Source of the DNA: Octopus vulgaris
Taxonomy: Eukaryota
Direction: 5' to 3'
Length of the DNA stretch: 64,000 bases
NCBI GenBank assembly: GCA_951406725.2
Contig: OX597825.1
Coordinates: 30,380,001 to 30,444,000, forward strand
Positions within the stretch are counted from its first letter, which is position 1. Every line of letters starts with the position of its first letter. Below, in pieces: positions 1-13,052 of the stretch. The notes below the pieces were generated by a model, which had not been told where the DNA came from, ran no database searches, and worked only from the letters and a program-made list of their open reading frames with translations. Position numbers and translations under genes: made by a program.

Positions 1-400
1 AAGACCCTGGTGATTTCAATCCTTCTGTGTGAGAACTGGATTCTTACTGCTCATATGGAATGAAGAATCCAGATATTTGAGCACAAGTGCTTCAAAAGAA
101 TGATACACATCTTGTATACAGAGTACAAGATGAAAAGCTTTGTGAGGCAGCAAGTTAATACATTGACAGGTAGAAACCACTCCTTGTGCAGATTAAAAGA
201 TGAAAGATTGCCTGGTATCGTCATGTTTCCTGCCACAACTCCATGTCCAAAACCATTCTTCAGAACAGAGTTGAGGGAAGGTGAAAGAAAGGCAGAGAAA
301 ATTCTGGTTTGACAACATCAAAGACTGGAGAGGAGGCAACACAACATATCTTCTATGCATGACAGAGAACAGAGACCAGTGATACAGATGACTATTAAAG
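1..400 (+). mobile_element. RTE-clade LINE remnant, C-terminal post-RT region
   Basis: Interrupted translation KTLVISILL-CENWILTAHME*RIQIFEHKCFKRMIHILYTEYK...IAWYRHVS..SMSKTILQNRVEG..KGR..WFDNIKDW matches the RTE pattern LLYGCE.W / FE..C.R / W.GH / ILQG.VEG.R.RGR / W.D.I. Confidence 0.8.
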
Positions 401-730
401 AGTTTAGAGTGATACTCCAGTGACTGGCTGCATCAGTTAGGGGATCCTGATTATGATGATATCTGATGTCAGGGCTCGCATAGCTTAAAGGTACAGAGTG
501 CTTAGCTAGCAGGAATTTTAGAGGTACAGGCTTCCATTCTCTGTGGCGGCATGCTTACTACATTTTTCCATTTGCGAAGTTTATTTACTCGATCTCCTAA
601 GCTGTTTTTACTGCTATTCTATGTTCAAGATTTCCTTTATTTTCTGTAAAATACAAACCCACTTTGTGCTTCAAAGCTAATCTTTAAAAATATATGTATT
701 CAAACTGTCAAAACCAGCCCTTTATGTGTA

Positions 731-1110
731 AATGATGTTGTGGCTGTTAGCAGATATATTTATCACTGATTACAAGCTGTAATTAATGAAGTGTTTTAAC
801 AAAAATAATCCAATTTTTGACAGCATCACACATTTTTTGGAGAATAGAGTATCATCAGAGATGGGCTCCTCATGTTCATATGAAAATCTGGGTGGATCAA
901 ATACCTATCTATGATAAAGATTCTCCAGGAAAAATTTCAAAAATTACAGAACCATATATCACTTGCAGATTGCCATGTTAAGTATCTAACCTCACTCTTT
1001 ACAATTTGGTTGGTCATTTTTAAATGTATTCATGTAACAAAGCTTGCTTAAGAATTTGTGGGAAAGGAAAAGATGTGATAAAAAAAAAATGCTGATTTGG
1101 CTTCCTTAAG
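731..1110 (+). mobile_element. Helitron/Helentron Rep (HUH endonuclease) relic
   Basis: NDVVAVSRY...PIFDSITHFFWRIEYHQRWAPHVHMKIWV...YITCRLP...LYNLV...C*FGFL matches the Rep motif FWR.E.Q.RG.PH.H..W, ITC.LP and CRFGFP; multiple stops. Confidence 0.8.
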
Positions 1111-2366
1111 GCTGAAGAAAGATTCAATTTCTTCATTTTTGTTGAAAGTGTCAAGTTAAGATGAGATTGAAAAGGTGTTAAACGGCTTCATCAGCTTTGA
1201 AGAAAATCATTTGAAAATTAATCAATGATTATAATCATTTACTGCTTTTAATATGGCAAGCAAATGTTGACTGTTAGCATATTGGAGAAAACAGTATGAT
1301 ATTGACCAGATATGTGACTAGCTACTAAATCAAAGCTGAGAAAAAAGAAGCTGAAGGTGTTCAGAAAAATTTTCTTCAAAATATATTTCTGGAATTGTTC
1401 ATCAAATATTATGTGCCCTTTTTTGTTCATAATTCTATTTTCTTTTTTTTGCTTTTTATTGCAAACTTCAAAATTTATGTTAATATATTTGATTAAAAAA
1501 ATTTTTCATGTTAAGCTCCAACATTTCTGTTTTATTTTTAGTATTACTAAAATGGAAAATATAAAGGTATACAGAATTAATTATGATAATAGAAGTGTTG
1601 CCTGGAAAAAAAAGTGGATGAATGAAAAATGTAGTTGCAGAGTGCTACAATATTTTAAAGTACTAAACCTGGAAAAGTACAGAACAAACAGTAATTAAAT
1701 TTTCTAAAATACAGGACATAAAGAAATAAAAAAAAAACTTTAAAAATTGATGTTAATGTTAGAATTTCAAAACTAAAATAGAGAGAAACGCCCTTTTATA
1801 ATTTATATTTTTAGATTAAAATATTCAAGAAGCTATTTACTTTCAGTTTTAGTGAAGAGACCAATTGCCTGCAAGTTTACACATTAAAAATTTAATATCA
1901 TAAATTTAGTATTTTATTTATCTAAAAACAGTATGTAATAACAATTTAAGCAAAATTGATAATCCATAAGTATTTTTAAAAAAGCTAGAGTCATTTCTAC
2001 ATATTGCACTCAATTTCTTCATTAGCTTTCATTTTTTAAAAAATATTCTGACTGTAAATAGAAAATACTTTGTTATCAGATATTGCAAAGTTTAAAGAAA
2101 TTCTTTTGGTTTAAAAAATTTTTTAAGTGTTTTTTACTCTTGTTTTTTAATTACATATATGAAATTAATTTTAACACATTATCTGTGATTTAAAAATATT
2201 TGGATAATGAGTTTAGTTAAGAAAATAAAATTTAAAAAACAACAATATAATACTAAAAATAACACAGAAATGTTTCAGCTTAATTCAAAGAAATTTTAAA
2301 ATCAAAAATGCTAACTTGAATTTTAAAAATTGCTATGTAAAGCAAAAATAAATGTGTGTGTTTGTG

Positions 2367-2428
<62 letters not shown>

Positions 2429-2454
2429 TGTATTACATGTATATATATAATAAG

Positions 2455-2665
2455 ATGAGAAAATAGGGAGATAATTGATAAATTATTATTTATTAATTAA
2501 AAAATTGGCATATATTCCTCACAGTAGTTTCAATTCAGGACCTTCAGAAAAATTGATTAATAAAATTTAAAATTATTTGAAAGTTGAATCTCCTCAGACG
2601 TAGTTTAAGATGTACAAAATAAGTGTTCAATTCCTGCATGTTGAGCAAATGGTTGCAAACCGTCA
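2455..2665 (-). mobile_element. Penelope-like terminal-repeat relic with degenerate hammerhead core, between (TA)n tracts
   Basis: Minus strand reads CTGAGGA-GATTCA...long loop...TGAATT-GAAAAC, followed by an AT-rich tail. Confidence 0.4.
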
Positions 2666-2743
2666 ACTATATATATATCATCATCATCATCATCATCATC
2701 ATCATCGTTTAATGTCCATCTTCTATGCATGCATGGGTAGAAC

Positions 2744-2787
<44 letters not shown>

Positions 2788-2944
2788 CCAGAAAATTGCA
2801 GCATTATTTGATGAACAATTTCAGAAATTTATTTAGCAAATTCTAACTTCAGCAGCTTGATCATTCTTGTCCTGTACTTCTCTAGGTTCCATACTTAACA
2901 ATATTCTAGCACACTGCACCCATATTTTCCACTTTAGTATGTAT

Positions 2945-3019
<75 letters not shown>

Positions 3020-3021
<2 letters not shown>

Positions 3022-3245
3022 GATAAAGATCCTTCCCAAGTCATATTGGCTCCTAGGGCTGATTCCCCAGTTTCCATGGCACTTACATTCCCTTCACAGA
3101 ATTATTCATTTTTGTCAGGTGAGCAGACTGGAGCAATGTGAAATGAAGTGTTTTGCTCAAGAACACAATACATTACCTAGTTTAGGAATTGAAACCACAA
3201 TCTTATAATTATGTATTCAACCCCCTAACCACTAAGCCATGCACA
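3020..3245 (-). mobile_element. Degenerate tRNA-headed SINE (family D-related)
   Basis: Minus strand TGGCTTAGTGG...GGTTTCAATTCC; shares 'ctggagcaa-gtgaaat-aagtgt-ttgctcaagaacacaa' with 26231-26558 and 47407-47741. Confidence 0.65.
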
Positions 3246-3305
3246 TCTACATACATAGATACATACATACATACATACATACATACATACATACATACAT
3301 ACACA

Positions 3306-3371
<66 letters not shown>

Positions 3372-3374
3372 GTA

Positions 3375-3575
3375 AATCCCAAAAAGATCAAACACAAGAA
3401 AACAACAATGCGAGGACATGGTACATGTAATGTATTAGCAGATGCTCAGGAAAGGAAGGAAAGATGGTTTAATGTTTTGAGCAGATGCTCTTTTTTGGAA
3501 AAACAGATGAAAGTCCAATAGAAGGGAAGACAGAAGAAGAAAATCACCAACAATTCACATGTGGTTACATTTTGA
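3375..3575 (-). mobile_element. Penelope-like short repeat, same family as 56140-56350; hammerhead decayed
   Basis: Reverse complement aligns by eye to 56140-56350 (ctgtcttcccttct...aagagc..gctc.aaac.ttaaacc...tttcctgagc...gtcctc). Confidence 0.6.
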
Positions 3576-3587
3576 TATATATATATG

Positions 3588-3628
<41 letters not shown>

Positions 3629-3865
3629 CAGCACTTTTCAGCTGATTGTAGTCCCTGTTAATGTATATGCTTTCATTCATGTGCATTAACTACAGCATTC
3701 TACAGCTTATATCTGGGATATTATAGATTTTTGTAAAATTAAATTCAGGAACTCAGGATACAGGAATTTTGTTATCAAGTTAGTGAGTTCATCATTGTTT
3801 GATTTACCTGTAGTTTATTCTGAAGGTGGATTAAACCAAATCATAAAAGTACACACACACACACA

Positions 3866-4091
3866 CAGTTAAAAATAGCACCCAATTCCTGTTTTAGGGT
3901 TGATGTATATGATTCCCCAGTCAAGAGATACTTTTGACTCGTAATTCTTGTTTTATGGGTTGTGGTATCAATTAGTACTAAGAAAATGATACATAATCCA
4001 GATTAAATAATTTTAAAATCTGTCAGTAATAATCTGGAAAACAACGAAGCATGATTTCCCAGAAAATGGGTGCTACTTTTGACTCACCCTG
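3866..4091. mobile_element. Tc1/mariner-type MITE relic
   Basis: Imperfect TIRs agttaaaaatagcaccca / tgggtgctacttttgactcaccctg, then TA; left tip lost to a (CA)n tract. Confidence 0.55.
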
Positions 4092-4426
4092 TATATCGAA
4101 TATAGGGACTGCAAAGCATGGGTTCAAGGTATCAATACCTAATAGGCACAGGTACATGTTTGAGGGAGAAATCTAGGTACTGCTTCTCCATACCAATGTA
4201 GTAAAGAAGAACTCAGCTGTTCGGGGCTAAACCACGTATCAAGTAAAGGTACTGTGTAGCCTGTTTTCTGTATCTTATTCAATAGATGTGTGTGTATGTG
4301 TGTGTGTGCATGCATGCATTGTGTGTGTGTGTGTTTCATCATCACTTATCATCAAATGATGATGATGATGATGATGATGATAAGTGATGATATATACACT
4401 CCCCGCTGCACACACACATATATATA

Positions 4427-4775
4427 TATATAAAACTATATTATATGTATATATAAAACTATATTATATGTATATATAAAACTATATATATATGTATATA
4501 TAAAACTATATTATATGTATATATATATAACTATATTATATGTATATATAAAACTATATTATATGTATATATAAAACTATATATATATGTATATATAAAA
4601 CTATATTATATGTATATATAAAACTATATTATATGTATATATAAAACTATATATATATGGATATATAAAACTATATTATATGTATATATAAAACTATATT
4701 ATATGTATATATAAAACTATATTATATGTATATATAAAACTATATATATATGTATATATAAAACTATATTATATG
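4427..4775. repeat. AT-rich minisatellite, 21-22 bp unit, about 16 copies
   Basis: Tandem tatataaaactatattatatg with variant tatataaaactatatatatatg. Confidence 0.95.
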
Positions 4776-5852
4776 TCAATACAATATTAATTGTGTTTCT
4801 CAAGATAAGAGTGCATTCTGAAATAAAACATTAAGAATACACCTTCAAGCAATAGAAAGCTTTATCAAGAATCTTATATAATTATGCTGTCACTCAATCG
4901 TTTTTACCAATTTACAGCCATCTTAATATGTCTGTTACGACAAATCATTATATATTTTTCTTATGATATTTTGATTATAATTTACAGATAACCTGTGTAT
5001 TATAATTGCTTCAAACTGTCTAAAACAGAACACTGATATTCCACTTGTAATTAACTAGATTTATCATTTGCCAAGTAACCATAGCAAAGATTTTTCAAAT
5101 GCAAATGTTTTACTAATATGGAAAATCAAAACATGTGAAGTTTATCGTGTTACTAAATTTGCTTATCAGGTAAAAATGCAAAGCTAATGATTTTCAATCA
5201 GAATGTGAATAATAACAATAATTACGAAGTCGCTAATGAATAATTGACTTTCAATGATAGATGAAGTTGCTGACGTAATAAAGATATTCTTATATTGATA
5301 GAAATTGGTTTTTAAAAAAAACAAAAATCTAACAGTTCATGGTTTCTGAATTTTTTTTTTGTTTTTTGCAATCTTATTTACATTTGTTTTCTTAATTTAT
5401 GACAATTATTGCCATCTTCCTCTTCCTCATCCTCACCCTCCTTTTCCTCATCACCATCATCATAGTCATCTGTTATTTTCATCATCATCACCAACACCAT
5501 CACCATCACCATCACCATCATCATCATCATCAGCAGCAGCAGCAGTAGCAACAGCAGCAGCAGCTTTATCTTCATAAATTATTATTAAGCAAAGCTGCAA
5601 GCTGGCAGAATTGTAAATACATTGGACAAAATGTCTTGTGGCATTTGTTCTGGTTCAAATCTTGCCGAGGCTAGCTATGCATTTTGTTCTTTTTGGAGTC
5701 ACGTACTGGAGTCAGTATTATTGACCCACCCTCTCTCCTGGAAACTGTTGGTTTTGTACCAAAATTTGAAACTCCTCTTTACTATTATTACTGTTGTTGT
5801 TGTTGTTGTTGTTATTGTTGTTGGTGTTGTTGTTGTTGTTGTTGTTGTTGTT

Positions 5853-6078
5853 AAGGCAGTGAGCTGGCAGAATCGTTAGCATGCTGGTCAAAACACTTAG
5901 CTGCATTATTTTATCCATCTTTACATTCTAAGTTCAAATTCAGCCAAAGTCTACTTTGTCTTTCATCCTTTTCAGGTCAATAAAATAAGTACCAGCTAAG
6001 TACTGGGGTCAATGTGAACTATTAACCCCTTTCCTTGAAAGGGGTTGTTAGCCTTGTGCCAAAATTTGAAGCCATTAT
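5853..6078 (+). mobile_element. SINE family A (tail type 2); older fragment at about 5593-5770
   Basis: aaggcagtgagctggcagaatcgttagc head, gttcaaattc box-B-like motif, ctttcatcctttt..ggtcaataaaataagtaccag core, gccttgtgccaaaatttgaa tail. Confidence 0.8.
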
Positions 6079-6089
6079 TATCAATTTTA

Positions 6090-6642
6090 ATAATATTATT
6101 TTGGTTTGGCACAGGTTTGGTCTTATTCCTGGTATGAATTATGTGAACAGCAGGTTACTATTTCTAACCTTAGGTATCCGCAAATTTGCAGCAATTTTTC
6201 AAGAGCTTAGAACCTTCCCGATAATCCTTGCTGTCTAAGAGACAAACTTTCTGCAGGAGCTCTACTGGGCATTCTATTCCAATCTCCTTCAGCCATTTCT
6301 CTCTTTTGCCATTTTATAATTTCTGCTCCGTACCAAAGTGATGCTATCACTCACGTATTAACTGCTTGGATTTTATTCCATCCAGTCAACCTCAGTCTTC
6401 GGAAATACTCCATCATCAGTAGCTCTTTCATTTTGTTTCCCATTATCTCGTTGAACTTTAGTACACCAAGGTATTTGTATCCTTCTATTTCAATTTACTT
6501 AATCAAGTCTCTATTCAGTAATTCTACCCCTGCTAGGTACTGTACCTTGCAACTTTTAGGTAGATAGGACTCGGCACTTCCTGATTCAAAACTCCATTCT
6601 AATATCATTACTAAAACAGTGGACCATGTTCCCCAAGGGAAT
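6090..6642 (-). mobile_element. R4/Dong-like non-LTR retrotransposon relic (late RT, internally deleted)
   Basis: MVHCFSNDIRMEF...KC...GVELLNRDLIK*IEIEGYKYLGV matches FS.DI.MEFG..KC...YKYLG; abuts (ATT)n. Confidence 0.75.
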
Positions 6643-6673
6643 TATTATTATTATTATTATTATTATCATCATC

Positions 6674-6714
<41 letters not shown>

Positions 6715-6718
6715 CATC

Positions 6719-6775
<57 letters not shown>

Positions 6776-6837
6776 TCCCGAGTCCAAACTCCATTCAAAT
6801 ATCATTACTAAAACAGTGGACCATGTTCTCCAAGGGA

Positions 6838-6905
<68 letters not shown>

Positions 6906-6924
6906 CATTATTATTATTATTATT

Positions 6925-7017
<93 letters not shown>
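6640..7017. repeat. (ATT)n/(ATC)n tracts with a 55-bp duplication of the adjacent LINE end
   Basis: aaactccatt..aatatcattactaaaacagtggaccatgtt..ccaagggaatt occurs at about 6588-6642 and about 6786-6840. Confidence 0.9.
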
Positions 7018-7019
<2 letters not shown>

Positions 7020-7875
7020 AGCATGAAAGGCAAAGTTGACCTCAGCAGCATTTAAAAGGAGGACAAATTTTGTTGAAATCAGCTTTGCCTTTCACACTTT
7101 CAAGGTCAATAATATAAGTACCAGTTGAGCACTGGGATCAATGCAATTGATTCGTCCCCTCAACCAAAATATAAGGTCCTGTGCCAATAGTGGAAAGAAT
7201 TATATTATTATTCTATTATTATTATATTATTATTATGATTTTATTATTATATTGTAGTATGAAGACATCGTTTTCCTTCTCATTTATTTTGTTTTAACAA
7301 TTTAAATAAAATATTCAGCTTGGAACACTGATCATTATGGAGTTAATTGTCTCAACCATGTGGCATTTATTTAGGGTTTTGAGAGACAAAGCTCCATTAA
7401 GAGATAAGTGTTTCGTCTGAGACAATATGTGCAAGGAATTTTTTTCTTTTTAACATCTGGTATCTAGACACCTTAACAATTCAGTCATCACCAGCTTTTA
7501 ACAATGACAATAAAAATAAAGAAAAACAAGTAAAAAAAAAACCAGAATACAAATTGTTTCTAGAATTTTCCAGAAGCTCCCAGAATGTACATACTTGTTT
7601 GTTATAGTTGTTATGCAGTTATATTATTATTGTATATGATCAATAAACAGTTACAATGACTTCCAACAATCTCAGATTTGGAGGGAGAAATAAAGTATTG
7701 AAATGTTGCAGCAAGTCAAAATATTTGTAGTCAGTGCTGCCATGGTTTGAATTACAAAGGTAGAATGGTCATGAGGCAACCTACAAGAGTTGGAGAGAAA
7801 TCAGCTGAAAGTTTCCTGTGTTACTTTGTAATCAAAATTTTCCTCAATACAGAAAAATTCCTGAATACATACAGT

Positions 7876-7917
<42 letters not shown>

Positions 7918-8003
7918 TATATACATTTGTGTGTGTGTGTGTATGTCTGTGTATGTGTGAGCATGTACAAACACATGCACATATATAAATGTAGATATGT
8001 GTT

Positions 8004-8062
<59 letters not shown>

Positions 8063-8084
8063 ATATATGCACACATATATATGC

Positions 8085-8125
<41 letters not shown>

Positions 8126-8203
8126 TATGTCTACATATATGTATGTATATATATATACATATATATATGTGTGTGTGTATGTATGCATATATATAAACAT
8201 ACA

Positions 8204-8238
<35 letters not shown>

Positions 8239-8533
8239 TGCATTAGTCGTTTTTTGTTATAGATGGCAGCATGATATACTGGTGTACTGGAAGCAAATAC
8301 ACGGCTATGTACTACACAATGCAATGGTTGCAAAACCAAGAATCTCTAAGAAGTACCAACAATACAGTCAGAAATTAGGAAATCTAAAGTGGAACTGCTA
8401 TGCAAAGAAAATACAAAGTGTGGAATAAGTCCAATAGTTAGCAAAAGTTTGTTATTAAGAGTTAAAAGAGGGGTAACCATCATCACCACCACCATCATCA
8501 TCCTTATCATCATCATCGTCATCATCATAATCA

Positions 8534-8631
<98 letters not shown>

Positions 8632-9650
8632 TGACTGTTGTAGTGTCAAGACAACACTTTTCTTCTTTTTTTTTAGTTAGAATTTATTCAAGTATTATCA
8701 AATGAAATTTTCTTTGAAGTTCTTGTGAGAAAGAACTCTAATTAACTAAGAAAAGCCTGCCCTCACTACCCAGGGGTAGACAACAGCAACAAAAAGATGT
8801 TTGCTTTACAAACCTTGAAAAACCTTATTTATATACGTTACAGTTTCACATCCAAAATTGCTACCATAGTTATTCTACGAGAGCTTTGCAATATCAGGGA
8901 AAACTAAAATAAAACTATAAATGTAAAACCAAAATACATAAATAAATGTACAAAAAGGGGATACTGAACAATTTAGTAAACAATTAATGGGGAAAAATTC
9001 TTCCAGACACTCAAATGGGTAGTTCTGAAGGCAGTAGTGGTAGTAACAATTGCAACATTAACTGTTATTACAGAGATCAAACACTATAATTCATTCATGC
9101 AGTAGTTGTGTTAAAGCAAACTTACCTTAAACATAAAATATGTAAGCTGAACAGTTATATTCTGAATATAGACAACATGCAAAAGATAGCCTTTTAGTAA
9201 AACTAAAACTGATACATTACAACATAAAAGGGAATACACCAAAGATGTTGGAGTTTCCAACACTAAAATGCTTTCTGGTGCATTTGGCTACACTCATACA
9301 TAAATTGAGAAATTGCTAACTGAAGGTCCAGGAGACCCTGATACAGCATCGTCAGTAATCTACTATGTTTAATTCATTTTAATTATATCTTATATCTTGC
9401 TTTAATTATTGTTTTTTATTTTACTTTTTTTTCAATTCTGTGCAATTATGAGTTGTTTTATTTGGACAAATCCTTCTGCCAGATTCCCAAGTCTATGAAA
9501 GGCTTGGAAGTGAAATTTTATAGATGGAAATTATACAGTACTTAACCAGATTTATACATGTATCTATATGTATGTGTATATGTTTTTATGTCTGTATGTG
9601 TTCTGAGTGTGTGTATATGTGTATCAGCATGAGAAGTCAATATAATTGAT

Positions 9651-9689
<39 letters not shown>

Positions 9690-11511
9690 ATATGTCTTGC
9701 CAACAGGCATTAGCAATAATGGATCTCCATGCCAAAGTCTGAGAGTTTCATTGCCTACTGGTAGTTTATTTACAGTTTGCTCTGCTAGTTTCCTGCTTTC
9801 CCAAAGCAACCCTTGGGACACAGGGTTTATCTAACTCTTAGACAGAGAGACTGGTGTACATATTATAGCATAGCATGATCCACACATCATTTGGCCTGCA
9901 CGACACATGTCTAGGGAGCCAGTTTTCTTTCAAGTTCTATATGCTTTGGCCACAGGAACATATTTTGTTATTTGACCCATAATAACTGGAGCCCTTGACT
10001 GGTACTGCAAACTCGGTCTGTAGGTTTGTAAAAGAGAAGCCTCTCTACTGATTACTGTCTGATGTCTTGTCTAGGATAAATAATTGATGCATCAAAGAAA
10101 AATAAACCACTCTTTATTTCTGAAGATAACAGCCCATTTCCAAAATGGTCTTAAAGAGCAAACCTTTAATTTCCGGAGAGTTGTATCAAGAAGCTTATAT
10201 AACAATTTTACAGTAAAGTCATTTCCCAAATCTAGAAGTATATAAATGTGTTGTAAGATAAAATCAATTTTTCTTTCATCAACCGTTCAACAATGTAAAG
10301 CAGATACATTAATCATTGCACAAGGAGTAGAGAAGTCCTCTGACTGAGCTTATGGCCCTTTCTACAAGGAATTACATATGTATCTACTTAGCTATGCTAT
10401 GTTCCTCTGAGGAACAAAGCAGCTAACTCTTTGATGAGATGATTTTACTTCTGGAAAATAGTTCCTTTAAATTTGTAAAACATCCAAGTTTTTTTTTATA
10501 TAATTTTATTCTTTTTGAGTTAAACTATTTGCATATTTTTCTCAGTAAATACAAAATCCAAGCAAACTTCCATTTATTTCTTCATTCATTCCTTTTACAT
10601 CCATTTTACCTGGCTAGCATGAATTTGATGAATATATTATCAAAGCTTCATGTTTATGACCATAAAGGCACTTATGGTCACTAATCCTTGCCTCTGTTTT
10701 AAGTAAAGGATCTATTTTTCCCAAACATCTCCAGAAGCACAAAGCCAGTATTTGACGCATTGACAGAGGGGATAAGAACGACATTACTGCTCAGTGATTT
10801 TTAAAGAAGCCCAAACATGAGCACACACACAGACCCACACACACACACATATATATACATACACACGTATAAAAAGACAAGAGTTTATTCATGAGTTAGT
10901 TACATCATTTTACATGTCTTTCATTAATGTTAATAGCTATTTATAAGGAAAAAAAACCTTATAAGCAGATTGCATTATCAAATCTTTAGTGATGGAGTAA
11001 CACACAAAAATAAACTTTTAAGGATCTATAAAAGACATCTGTGATCTTTCAAACTACGGAGACCAGTGAAAGCAAGCTTGGATTATAATGTGAGTTCTCT
11101 TTATAGTTTTCTCTTTCGGTTTATATGAATGCACATGGAGTTCTAAACACAAGTTGTGTGCCATGTAATTTAGATGATATTATATAATTAAACAAATGTT
11201 TGAAATTCTGCTACAAGGCCAGAAATTTTGGGGGAGGGGCCAAATCAATTAAATTGACTCCAGTGCTCAAGCGGACCTTATTTCCTCAAGACCAGAAGAA
11301 TGAAAGTCAAAGTCGATCACAGCAGAATTTGACTATATAGTTAAATAATATAATATAATACATATAATACATATAATACATCCAGCCGTAGAAACACTGC
11401 CAGATCTGACTGGGCCTGATGAAGCCTTCCAGCTTCACAGACCCCAGTTGAATCGTCCGACCCATGCTAGTATGGAAAATGGACGCTAAATGATGATGAT
11501 GATGATGATGA

Positions 11512-12060
11512 TTGGCTGTGTGGTTAAGAAGTTTATTTTGCCATCTTGAGATCTTGGGTACAGTTCCATGGTGCAGCACCTTAGGAAAGTGACTTTGGTT
11601 GACAGAAACGTTAGCATGCCGGGTGAAATGCTTAACAGTATTTCGTCTGCCGTTACATTCTGAGTTCAAATTCCACAAAGGTCGACTTTGCATTTCATCC
11701 TTTCGGAGTCAATAAATTAAGTACCAGTTACACACTGGGGTTGATGTAATTGACTTAATCCTTTTGTCTGTCCTTGTTTGTCCCCTCTATGTTTATCCCC
11801 TTGTGGGCAATAAAGAAATAAGAAACTTTGTGAATGCCTGTCATGTGTCTGTGTGTGTGTGCCTTTGTATCTGTGTTTGTCCCACCACCCCAGCCACTTG
11901 ATATATTTATTTCCCTGTAACTTAACAGTTTGGCAAAGGAAACTGATAAAATAAGTACCAGACTTAAAAATAAATACAAAGGTCAATTTGTTTGACTAAA
12001 GCCATTCAAGCTGGTGTTACCAAATGGCACATTCCAGTGAATGAAGCAAGTAACAGATAC
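11512..12060 (+). mobile_element. SINE A (11601-11822, tail type 1) nested in a decayed SINE B; family E tail at 11380-11510
   Basis: B head ggctgtgtggttaagaag on the left and B body resumes after the A tail ccccttgtgggcaataaagaaataag. Confidence 0.75.
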
Positions 12061-12649
12061 ATATCTATCAAAAACAGAACGGTTAATAATAGATTAGTAA
12101 TCCAAGTGAAATACTTCTTAAGTGCTCTGTGGATAAAAATACACCAATCTAGCAAAAATGTCTGCTGACTGGTCTTGTACTCCAAGTAATTCTAATCAAA
12201 GTCCACCACCAGTCAAATTTGTAAAGCCATGGTTCCAATCCTCAGTTAAGACGATATGCTTTTATAGAGTGATTCATAAATTAGACAGAAATAATGGATT
12301 ATATTCATTTATTATAGCCTTACAAGAGTTTCCGATAGGCATTTGGGGGCCTTCGTGATTCAATATTATCAGTTGATCGATTGATTGACTGAAAATATAA
12401 AGAACTGCATTACCAAGCTACCTTCCTCAACTGCCAAAGAAAAAGTTAAAATTTGAAGGAATTTGGTCAATGTGGCATTAATTATAGAACTAGGCCCACT
12501 ATTTCAAATCATCAACCTTAAGCCATTTCTGGCTCATATTACTGGCAAATAGTATTGACATCCTAAAAGTAATTTGATATCCAACAATTTCCTTCATTTT
12601 TTAAATTTTGAATTATTAATTATTGTTTTTTTATTGCTTACACTATTGT

Positions 12650-12722
12650 GTATGATAGTACTTCCAATCAGTTAAGATCAGAAGCCATGAGAGCCACTAT
12701 CTGGTACTTCATCAGGGCACTT
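12650..12722 (+). mobile_element. Terminal fragment of the (TAA)n-associated element at 41933-42489
   Basis: tgata..acttccaatcagttaagatcagaagccatgagagccact..ctggtact.catcagggca matches 42421-42487; followed by a long (ATT)n tract to 13050. Confidence 0.85.
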
Positions 12723-12874
12723 ATTATAATTATTATTATTATTGTTGTTGTTGTTGTTGTTGTTGTTGTTATTATCATTATTATTATTATTATCATTATT
12801 ATTATCATTATTATTATCATTATTATTATTATTATCATTATTATTATTATTATCATTATTATTATTATTATTAC

Positions 12875-12955
<81 letters not shown>

Positions 12956-12979
12956 TACTATTATTCAGTATTCTTATCA

Positions 12980-13050
<71 letters not shown>

Positions 13051-13052
<2 letters not shown>

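Noticed and set aside
7025-7095. Hairpin or pre-miRNA candidate
   Set aside because: Formed by two inverted fragments of the SINE A core with many mismatches
9690-10800. Complex 1.1-kb segment that might be coding
   Set aside because: The frames I translated had frequent stops and no recognisable motif
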